Assembly: GCA_000934665.2 (NCBI GenBank)
Contig: KZ539122.1
Span: forward strand, 1 to 32,759
Direction: 5' to 3'
DNA: 32,759 bases
From: Catajapyx aquilonaris
Lineage: Eukaryota
Both the position numbers and the translations under genes were made by a program. The notes beneath the pieces are model-generated. The model had not been told where the DNA came from and made no database searches. It saw only the letters and a list, made by a program, of their open reading frames with translations. Shown here piece by piece: positions 23,272-32,759 of this stretch (position 1 is the stretch's first letter; each line of letters opens with the position of its first letter).

Positions 23272-23334
<63 letters not shown>
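23272..23334 (+). repeat. (TAA)21 microsatellite
   Basis: Uninterrupted trinucleotide run ~500 bp upstream of the OSGIN-like ATG. Confidence 0.97.
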
Positions 23335-23337
<3 letters not shown>

Positions 23338-23828
23338 TACGTACTGTACAAAATCTATTGCCACTGCAAGAAAAATGGTTCGATTGACATGAAGTGTGTG
23401 GTAAGAAATATAGAGCTCTACTTCTGACCACACAGCACGTCACGTAATGTGATCCTTCATATTTTACGACGATTTTCGGGGAAAAAATTATATTTTTGCT
23501 ATTTTAAATGGCCAAACGGTACTTGCTTTTCGAATGCGGTTTTAGAAATCCCCTGGTAGAGGACAAAACGGGGAATTTCTCGCGACTAAAGCTGTCCCTT
23601 TGTTCGACCTGGATTAGCAATTTACCTGCGCAATTAACTTGGCCTCTCATACGGTTATAGAGAGCTCTACGAGTGGACCACCTTCTAAAAGGCATTCAGA
23701 GCGGGGTTATATAACGTGCTGTCCTCTGCCACGATTTTTCAACGATTTATGAATTTCTTTCAGGTCAGGAAAGGGCATATCCAACCTAGTACACTTTGAA
23801 GATAGTTGAACTCAGCCGGCTTTTTAAG

Positions 23829-23967
23829 ATGGCAGTGGTTCCACCCCAAAACAGAATTGCCCATGACCACATCGCTTCTTTGGAGCAACCAGCAACAGTG
23901 GAACACGCCAAAAAGTCGCAGAACAATAACGAGATTCAAGCCGAGTACAAGGAAGTAGTGGTTATAG
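23829..23967 (+). CDS. OSGIN1/2: OSGIN-like coding exon 1 (MAVVPPQ...EYKEVVVI-G)
   Basis: ATG at 23829; donor G|GTGAGT at 23967/23968; phase 1 splits the first Gly of GxGxxG. Confidence 0.85.
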
Positions 23968-26659
23968 GTGAGTTGTTCTACAAGTACAATGCACATCTCT
24001 TGGAAAGGTAATGGTGTGACGACTAACAAGTGTTTTCTAACTAGCCAATACGTGCAGATCATATATCCCTATAATGATACATATCAAACATATCTTTACA
24101 GGAAATGGACCCTCCGGCATCGTGCTTTCATTCCTTCTTGCTGGCAACTGGCCCTACTACATCAATAGTACAGACGGTCGTGTACATTCCAATGAATTTC
24201 TGCATTGTCGCTTGATAGACAAACCTGATCTCTCCTTGTTGGAGCAGGATTTGGAATTTCTTTCGCAGGTAACACAATATCACGCAATATACGCGTATTT
24301 CATTCCTGCCTACAGACTATACATTTTCTATTGCATTTTCTATTGCATTTTCTACAAATATTGCGGATTGACTACTTTGGCAGGATTTAGAAGGACGTTC
24401 TACAAATCCAGTCGCACTCCTGTTTGACACGTTGAACCATCCTGAAGCTGATTTAGGTTTGGAGCTTCCGTCTATGCTTCACTGGAAGCATCATCCAGAT
24501 CGTGCGTTGGATCATGTAGTGCTAGGAAGAGGACCTCCTGGGGGTGCATGGCAGGTCAGTCAAAGTAAAGTAGTAGAGTTTATGATTTATACTAACTCAT
24601 GTGCATTATGTTAGAACGCCTTTAGTTCTCGAGGCATCAATGACGGTGCCGGGGTATACCCAATTAACGCAAATTCCTTTTTAAATGCTTCCGGAAGGGG
24701 CGACTCCTCCCAGAGGAGGTAAATCAATCTCTGGTATCTCGCACAATTTTACTTGTGGATGCCTCTGGCACTTTTTTCAAACCCTTGTGTTTTTTCACTG
24801 TTTCATGTGTGTGCTATTGTTATTCCTGCAATTTTCTTCAAATCGGGTACTGTAATATATTATTAATTTGTGTAAATATTCCAAGTTATCTTCAAGGCGA
24901 GACTAGTAAGATGGTTCAAAAAGTAGTGCAGGCCGTTTCATAACTGATCACGTACTGTAACAATCCAAATATCCAATACATTTTATCTTCAATTGAACAG
25001 CAAATGGACGGCAGCGTCTTAACCATCAGCCTTGGTTGTTGGATGGAGTTGCCCACAGTGAATTTTCGCCAGTGGGAAGCAAGCCAGAATGCACGTGGAC
25101 TCAACTCAAGGGAGAGTCGAGCATCAGTCTCATCTGTGGCACGCTACTATTGCGACTATGTGGAGAAACAAGGCCTGCACTCTTACTTCAACGACTACTC
25201 TTGCGTCACATCTGTGCGTCCACTCACCAACCTTCCAGCTGCCCCTGAGAAAGGTCCTCGGAAGATTGTCTTGGAGCTGCAGCCAACTCCACACTGTGGC
25301 TTTACCAAGAACAGGAGGAGATTAAGGTAGATGATTTACATAATATAAAATAATATTCACATTCACAATGCATTTAGATTTTCGACCGATGAAAGTCAGT
25401 TCTGAGAAATGACAGGACTAATAATTCCAAACTTCTTTTTCAGTAGGTCTTCCGAGAGTGATCCCTTCGTGCACACCTCCACGAAGTCAGACAGCGAGAG
25501 CGAACAGTCGGAGCCCATATATTCGAAGCCATTGAGCCCTACGAAAATGCACAAATTGGGTGGAAGACGAAAACAGCAAACAGATTTGAACCTTCCAGTC
25601 ACCGATCCAGTTGAGGATATCATGCTGTTGGAATCGCCTGATGACGAGGAGCTGCTAGAATGGTGTTGGCGAGAGCGGTATTGCAAGGCAGAGGAATTAC
25701 AAGAACACAAGCTGCAGCCTGTTCGTTCCAACAAAGATCAAGCTACAGGAAAAAATAGTCCTGAGCGAGAGACTGATGTTAACAAGGAGGCGCCTCCTCT
25801 TTGGGAAGTCAGGGGATTGATTTCATCTGGAGGTGAGAAAAAGGAGTTCTGCTACGTGTCTCCTAACGTCGTTTTGGCTACGGGAAACACAGATCTGCCC
25901 AACTGGCTGGAGGTGCCCGGAGAACACCTGCCATTTGTCCTGCACTCCCTGAGAGATCTAGAAAAGCTGATATCTAGTGGAACACTCAACTCCAACTCTG
26001 ACCCGGTCATGATCGTGGGGGCAGGATTATCAGCTGCGGATGCTGTCATCGCTGCCAGATTCCATGGAGTGCCTGTTGTGCACGTGTTCCGGCGCAAAGT
26101 GGATGACCCTAACCTGATATTCAACCAGTTGCCAGAAAACATGTATCCAGAATACCATAAGGTACAGTAGATACTGGATTCTCTGAACGATCGAGTTCGC
26201 TGACATATCACATTCATTCAGGTTCATCAGATGATGCGGGATGGCGGCTCCGGATACGATGGCTACAAGCCGTGTGCCCAACATGTAGTCCTGGAGGTGA
26301 GCCCGGACCGTCGCGTCAAGGTTGTGGGTCCATGGTCGTGCCGCAGAGTCCACGTCTCCTACGTTCTGGTGTGTATCGGATCACGACCTGACCTAAACTT
26401 CCTTCCGGACAAGGGCAAGCAACTGGGCGTCTATGAAAACACCCCTATCCACTGCCGATACAACCCCGTGGACATCGACATGTTCACTCATCAGTGCACC
26501 CGGATGCCAGGAGTCTACGCTTTGGGCCCTCTTGTGGGCGAGAACTTCGTCAGATTCGTCCAAGGTGGTGCTTTGGCCATCACCAGTCATCTACAACGTA
26601 CTCGGGAGCAGATGCCAGATCCAATCACCATCGAAGCCAGGAGGGTACCTCAACACTAG
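23829..26659 (+). CDS. OSGIN1/2: Oxidative stress-induced growth inhibitor (OSGIN1/2-like), FAD/NAD(P)-dependent oxidoreductase fold; spliced CDS join(23829..23967,24102..24268,24384..24554,25001..25326,25444..26161,26222..26659), 1959 nt, 652 aa
   Basis: Spliced translation gives OSGIN-family motifs: VVVIGNGPSGI (FAD Rossmann), LEGRSTNPVALLFDTL, VLGRGPPGGAWQ, YYCDYVEKQGL, NVVLATG, IVGAGLSAADA (second Rossmann), YPEYHKVHQMM, YALGPLVGENFVRFVQGGALA. All five introns are GT..AG with compatible phases (1,0,0,2,0). An in-frame TAG at 23787-23789 precedes the ATG. Family assignment is from recall of human OSGIN motifs. Confidence 0.93.
24102..24268 (+). CDS. OSGIN1/2: OSGIN-like coding exon 2 (GNGPSGIVLSFLLAG...DLEFLSQ)
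   Basis: Acceptor TCTTTACAG| ending 24101; donor CAG|GTAACA at 24268/24269. Confidence 0.92.
24322..24354 (+). repeat. Intronic 12-bp tandem repeat (CATTTTCTATTG) x2.75
   Basis: CATTTTCTATTG CATTTTCTATTG CATTTTCTA. Confidence 0.85.
24384..24554 (+). CDS. OSGIN1/2: OSGIN-like coding exon 3 (DLEGRSTNPVALLFD...GPPGGAWQ)
   Basis: Acceptor TTTGGCAG| ending 24383; donor CAG|GTCAGT at 24554/24555. Confidence 0.92.
25001..25326 (+). CDS. OSGIN1/2: OSGIN-like coding exon 4 (QMDGSVLTISLGCWMELP...KNRRRL)
   Basis: Acceptor TGAACAG| ending 25000; donor AAG|GTAGAT at 25326/25327 (phase 2). Confidence 0.88.
25444..26161 (+). CDS. OSGIN1/2: OSGIN-like coding exon 5 (...PPLWEVRG...NVVLATG...IVGAGLSAADA...YPEYHK)
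   Basis: Acceptor CTTTTTCAG| ending 25443 (alternative TAG| ending 25446); donor AAG|GTACAG at 26161/26162. Confidence 0.9.
26222..26659 (+). CDS. OSGIN1/2: OSGIN-like coding exon 6 (VHQMM...GPLVGENFVRFVQGGALAI...PQH*)
   Basis: Acceptor CATTCAG| ending 26221 after a 60-nt intron; restores YPEYHK-VHQMM; stop TAG 26657-26659. Confidence 0.92.
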   Translation, partial: VHQMMRDGGSGYDGYKPCAQHVVLEVSPDRRVKVVGPWSCRRVHVSYVLVCIGSRPDLNFLPDKGKQLGVYENTPIHCRYNPVDIDMFTHQCTRMPGVYALGPLVGENFVRFVQGGALAITSHLQRTREQMPDPITIEARRVPQH

Positions 26660-29600
26660 CGGTTTGCGAGGGTGTCTCGATAGTAGGCATTCAGGTTAGA
26701 GAGTATCTTGCTGCTTTTGTGTAGCATAGTACAAAAATGTGCTGTTAAGTACGCGTTGGAAAAGCGTATATAAAGCAGGGAGTGATACGGTGCTATGTCG
26801 TCTCACAAGAGCTCATATTTAGTAGAATTCTGTGGAATTCGTGGATTTATAGTAGGTAAACCAATGAGAGTTTTCTCAGATAAAGTGGTGATGGTACTAT
26901 AAGTAATGTTGTTTAGGTGGACCACGGCCTCATTTTAGATGGCATTTGTTGAATGCCAATAAATGTGTAAAATATATCATAGGTCGGGATGACATTCTTA
27001 AACCTTGTAATTATCACACATGATTCAGCTAACTTACAAAGTATTTTCCCGAAAAGTAAGCTGTTTGTTGAACAATGAAACTTGACGTGTATGGGTGACA
27101 ATTTGAGAAATATGACAAGGCATACGCTGGCTGTAATTTATTACCTAGGCATGACCAATCTGCATTGGTTGTAAACCCCTTATGAGAAGGCCTCTCCGAT
27201 TTGTGAAAGAGACCAAGTTTAAAATAACAGTGATTAGTTCAAACATCACAATGAAGACTTGAAATGAAGAACAATATTAGAGTCCCAATTTGGTTGAATA
27301 TGAGATAGACATTGTGTAATCGCCCATCATACTGACTATCGAATGGTCAAATCAGTTTTCTGATCGAGCTATTGCAGTCCTACAGTAGAGATGTTTGGGA
27401 AAAAAATTGTCCCATAAGGGGTAATGAAATCCTCAAACTTCCCTCACTCATATTTTGAAACCAGTCTTAAATATGTGACAGTGATCGTGTTGCATTTCAA
27501 GTCATCGATTGTAATTGAAGTTTCTTGAAGTACCAACTGAGTGCCAATGCAACTTGCCTTCAAATGGAATATTTGTCCATATGAACGATATATTTGGTTA
27601 GCGTCAGTTATTCCTTGTCAGTTGTCACTGTGTGGACCCATGTACAAAGACTTTTCTTTCTTTCTCTCTCTTTAAGGGTGAACTTTTAAGAAGGCCTTAA
27701 AAGTCAGCTCTGTTGTAAAAGTAACCTTCTGATATTTTATATTCAAAGATTGCAGTTCCAAGTAGCTGTAACAATGTTTTTTGTATGTTGTAAAGTTATG
27801 CTTCCTTATGTCATTAATATTTAGTAGACTTTTACATGAATACCTCAATTTTCGGAAGTAGCCAATTGGCGATACGACATTTAAAAAAAGTTATCAGAAC
27901 AAGGAAGTTAATAGTTGATTTAATGCAGTGTATAATAATTATCATGTCAATTTTGATTCTTGTATCAAGCTTTATTTTGTAACTTCCGGTAACCTCTACG
28001 TTCTGGATTTGTTTACGACACTTTTGATTTCATAGTTGCACAATAATTCTGTATAGACATCCTGTACAGGTAGTCTATATCAAAACTGATTGTCTTTGGT
28101 CGAACCATAACTACTGAAAAATGTGTAACAATCTATCAGTAGATGAACATTCCACCTCCATCAGGAGATACAAAATGTGCTTCCATAAACTCTTACATTA
28201 TAGCGTTTATAGTACCGGTTTTCATACATTTCCCCCAAAAAACCTCATAAATTTGAGACCAACGTCGTCCATAAGCACCACTGTTCTCAATTTATGTGTA
28301 CTGTGCTCCGGCATTAGTATCATGTCACCGTTTCGATCTCTGGCTTGCCCAAACTTAATGCAGAACAAAATCATGGTGCTGTACGAAGCAGTATTAAATG
28401 ATTTGTGGTAACAGATTTTGGCACTTGGATGAATACTATTCCATGACATTAATGCAATGTTTATGGCCTTGCCAGAAAATAATTATATGAAGTGAAGAGG
28501 TGCCATTATTTTGGTGCACAGCAGTACTAACTGAGAATCAGTGGTATTTTTAAGCACATACAGTCGTAATTAGTAACACAGTCAACTAGAGGAAAGAAAT
28601 ATATATTAAGTGTACTTATGTCATAGCATACCCTAATTATACATGTTGTCAATTTACTTATGCTCATGTTACATATTTCTAAGTATACCGCTCAGAGCAC
28701 CCACAGATCATATGTGAGAAAATTAATAGTGTATTGCGTAACCAGTTTGTTTCTTTTGATCTTGAATAGCTTTATGCTTATTGTCATGTGCAACAATGCT
28801 GCAAAGTTTAAACTATTTTCCTAATTGTCAAAAGTGAGAACAAAAATGTAATAGTCAATTAATGGTTGCGGCTCAATAGTAATGCTTCTGTTTTGATATG
28901 TTATATTTTACAATGATTTGAACTCCATAATAATGAAGCAAATCATTGCTCCATTGTTGCATAATACACCTTTCTTTACTGAAACTTACTGATGTTATAT
29001 GTTAACGATACTCCATGGTTCTGGTGCCTATTATTGGTGAAAACACGAAGTCACGTTTTATACATGCCTAGTAAGACTTTTACTATGTCATGACTGACAA
29101 GCCCACAGTACTGTTGGTATTAGAAATGCATAGACAACTTATAAGGTTTAGTAGATTTAGAAAATTGGTTTTATACTGTGATTTCTAGTGACTGCTGGTT
29201 CGATACACTGTTGTACAAGAGTCTGAGTTCAGTCGTGAGGTGTCTAACTACCAATGTAAAAGATAGGGTGCCTTCTGCTAATAGGATTTCAATATCAGAA
29301 TCATTGTTATCTCAAAGAAAAAGGCGTTATTTTTTATCTACCAGTAAATACGCCATGTTTGGCATTGTGCTATCCTAAAAGTACTTATCCATGCCCAATA
29401 TATTGTAAATCATGATAAAATTGTATACGATGTGTAGGTGGAATCATATGGGTAAAATGCCATATATTGATGAGGCTTTTAACGATAATATTGATACATG
29501 TGTGTCTGGAATCTTCCAACTTGATTCATATCACTAAAAGGGCAGGATTCGAAGCTATTGCATGAATTTCTGATGGATTTTTTTTTTTGCGAGAATATGT

Positions 29601-31544
29601 TGCAAATGGATTTATGAACTAAACAGTTTTGTAATTAGGTACTGACAAGCCTGACAGCTAACATTGTAGCTAAGTTGTAAATGATTTTGCATTGAGACAA
29701 GTCTTTGGTTTACTGACAATGAACTATAAACACCTCAAAATTGTAATTATTTGACTATGTAGCATAGTCAGACTGACTATGGACATTGTTGAGGTTTCTC
29801 ATGTCATTCATTCACCAGGACAAAAGCCAAAATAAATATAATAAAGAAATAAATTTTTTAATATAATGAAATACCAGTATGGGACATTGTAGAGGTCATT
29901 TCGGTAATTTCACTTGCACAGTTATAACGCCCGTCAACATCGAAAAATCAAGTAATACATTCAAGCAAGATTCAAGTAGCCCACTAAATTCATGATCTGG
30001 GTGAACTATTTCATGCAACATATCCTCGCAACAATCTATTCTATTCAGAAATATATTGAAATTTCACAAGTCCTTTCACATGACCATATAAGCGACCTAA
30101 TTTGTAAAGGCTACGCACATTTCTGTCTCTGGCGTGCCCTTCTGGCATTGTCTGAGTTGAAGATTTCACGAGTGGATCTCTCGCGAAAGAATCCTGTGAT
30201 AAAAATATTGTTGATCAAATTGCACATTATTCCTTTATAATGTAACTCTTTGTTTAATTTCTTCATTTCTACTAACTGTACTTATTTTGTATAAGCTGCT
30301 GCAATTCGTATTTTTTCTATGGGGTGATAGTTGTTGTTTTGTAGACGCAAAAGGGTTTTATAGCCTTTGTGCTGCAGCTTAATGTTTGCCCTTTTCCGTA
30401 ATTTCCTTCGTGTAGTTGTTAGTCGGGTAAAAATTATTTCGTAAATACTCTGTAACAACCTGCATTACATTCTACTCCTGAGGCGGGAAAATACGGATAT
30501 TAAAATCACAACACAGAAAGCTGATCGGCGAAAACATTTTGACAAATTAATATTAGTTGCGGCGAAATCCGCATGAATTTTGGTCGAGTTACGAATTTGC
30601 TATATCGTAATAACTATTTGGTCAGGATATTGAAAAAAGCTACAAAATTGTGCCCATTGCTTATTTATTTAAAAGTTTAATTCATATCTGATTTTTATAG
30701 CTAAATGCTTTGGCCCTATTGGAATATATGGTTTTTCCGCCATAAGAATCAGATGTAAACTATTTCTTGATTATTGGACTGTATTTCCCAGCTACGAGGA
30801 CCATCAAAATGCAGCAAACTGTATACATACCTTATTTTGCACAGGCTTTTTAAGCAATATATTGTCGCACCTTGAAAATTACTGCATTAAAAATGTTTGT
30901 CATATCTTGACGCTGATTGTTATCTAGAATATTATATGATGACATTACTCGTTACTTGTTTGTGTTGTTGTAACATACCATAATGTCCCTCAGTATTACA
31001 CGTTATATAGTGTACCTTTAAGGTACAAAAGCAATGCTACATAATGCAATTTTACTATAATTTGGGTATGCTTTATGTATATACACATAAAATATACACC
31101 ACTATGTTTTGTGTGATGTTATTACTTGAGATGCTCTGTTTTTGCGTCATATTTGTAACAATGTAAAATATACCAGAGTAATATAAAGATTTACGACGGA
31201 CCTACCTGTTCTCTGTTCTTTCTTTGAGAGGGCTTGGATGGTTATGGATGAAACCCATATTTGAATAGCAACAATTGGATCATGAATTTGAGGGATAATT
31301 TACGAGGAAAAATATCCAGGTAAGAAGGCGTATCGGAAATCTAAATATCCTTGTTTATTTTTCTCATAGTAATTATCAAGACGTGTCATTACTAAATTAA
31401 TATTTAAAAATTAGCTTAAGCATTTTGCTTTGTTTAAAACACCTTCAGATCCTTTCGATTCAGTCTGCCTTTTCTTGACACTTGTAAATGACATAATTAT
31501 CTAGACCCTTAGGTAGAAGGGCAAGAGGTAGATCAACAATAATA

Positions 31545-31773
31545 GCGATGAGTGCTGAAACCCCATAAGTCCATGGAAGTAAATTTTTCAGGAGAGACAT
31601 AAAACGACCTAAGTTCACGATACTGCTGTTGTATGCAATGGATTTTTTCAATACTTAACACACATGCAAAGGCAATACTTTCGTCCTGGGTTAAACAAAT
31701 TATGTGACAATGGGTGTCTGTATATAGGGTTTTGTTAAAAGTCATGGACTTATGGGGTTTCAGCACTCATCGC
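31545..31773. mobile_element. MITE with perfect 31-bp inverted repeats
   Basis: GCGATGAGTGCTGAAACCCCATAAGTCCATG (31545-31575) and exact reverse complement (31743-31773); termini and TSD unclear. Confidence 0.8.
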
Positions 31774-32123
31774 CCTTGATAGGATAAATGAAGAGCAAAA
31801 TTCTCTACTTTTTTTATCAATTTGGGCTTCATTTTCATTACACAATGACACCCTTTACTCCAAGTCCCACAATTCAGTTCCTTCTGACCCCTTCTCATCT
31901 TCAGTTTCATCACCTTTCCTTTTTTTGAAGATTATGGGGCTGACCCAGCCTTGTGGACCTAAAGCCACTTACTTCCTATTTATTTAATGCAACAAAATGC
32001 ACCAATACAAAACAATAAAGCAATAAACTGCACTCTTAGGCTAAGCTAGCATCCTCTACTTCGCCACTGGCTACCATTTTCCATGATGCATGAATGGAGA
32101 AACTCCATGTGGAGTGGACTTAA

Positions 32124-32759
32124 CCCTTTGATGACGGAGTTTTTTTTCCCCCTTTTCCGGAAATTTTATGACCTCGCTGATTTTCTTGAAATTCGGTGCA
32201 TTGGTAGCCCACCCCAAGGGATGAAAAACGCACCTATAGTTACCTGATCAAAATGACCTCGTGACCCAATTTTGAGGGGGGCAGAGGTCAAATTTCGACC
32301 TCACCGGATTTTCTTCAAATTCGGTGCATTGGTAGCCCACACCAAGGGATGAAAAACGCACATATAGTTACCTAATAAAAATGACCTCGTGACCCAATTT
32401 TGAGGGGGGCAGAGGTCGAATCATAAAATATCGACCTCCCTGATTTTCTTGAGATTCGGTGCATTGGTAGCCCACCCCAAGGGATGAAAAATGCACCTAT
32501 AGTTACCTGATCAAAATGACCTCGTGACCCAATTCTGATGAGGGCAGAGGTCAAATTCCAACCTCACCGATTTTCTTGAAATTCGGGGGTTATACCAAGG
32601 TTATACACACTTACATTTTTTGCGTAGGTTACACGTACTACCCGCCTTAGTGAATCACAAAGGAGACTTTGCAAGTGCCAGTCACAAATTTTCTTGAAAT
32701 TCGGCGCATTGACATAGGTCCCCTCCAATATGGGTCACAGGGTCATGTCGAGCAGGGAA
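32124..32759. mobile_element. Left part of a piggyBac-like non-autonomous element with internal tandem repeats (runs off window)
   Basis: TTAA (32120-32123) directly followed by CCCTTT; repeat array starts 46 bp inside; right end not in window. Confidence 0.5.
32170..32586 (+). repeat. ~127-136 bp tandem repeat, 3 full units plus a partial
   Basis: Units start at 32170, 32297, 32433 and 32560 (partial): GACCTC..GATTTTCTTGAAATTCGGTGCATTGGTAGCCCAC..CAAGGGATGAAAAA..GACCTCGTGACCCAATT..GCAGAGGTC. Confidence 0.93.

Noticed and set aside
23090..23443. Poly-Ile / poly-Asn ORFs
   Set aside because: Artefacts of the (TAA)21 microsatellite.
25396..26590. Antisense ORFs overlapping OSGIN exons
   Set aside because: Shadows of the coding strand with no recognisable motifs.
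26657..26686. Stop-codon readthrough (TAG-C) of the OSGIN-like CDS
   Set aside because: Only seven codons precede TAG TAG; no supporting structure or conservation is visible.
32170..32586. Regularly spaced repeats as a CRISPR array
   Set aside because: Whole ~130-bp units are repeated with no unique spacers, there are no cas genes, and the context is eukaryotic.

Overview
Eukaryotic (animal, probably arthropod/insect) genomic DNA, AT-rich, with a 182-N gap (8040-8221). The only protein-coding gene I can support is a six-coding-exon OSGIN1/2-like flavoprotein on the + strand: join(23829..23967,24102..24268,24384..24554,25001..25326,25444..26161,26222..26659), 652 aa, all introns GT-AG with matching phases. 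A possible non-coding first exon lies near 19.7-19.8 kb, followed by a perfect antioxidant response element, and the 3' UTR may be long. The first ~16 kb and last ~1.2 kb are dense in small non-autonomous elements: five tRNA-derived SINE copies from three families, MITEs of Tc1/mariner, hAT, PIF/Harbinger, Sola-like, P/hAT-like and piggyBac-like types, and isolated palindromes. The most interesting signal is a shared 3' module, CCCC-(T/A)AA-[hairpin]-N5-6-GGGG-TAA-A-rich tail, found six times. It occurs in two SINE families with different tRNA heads, in a 51-bp insertion with its own TSD, and at the end of a possible decayed LINE. The hairpin sequence varies while pairing is largely kept, suggesting a structure-based retrotransposition signal. 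All calls are by eye; no searches were run.
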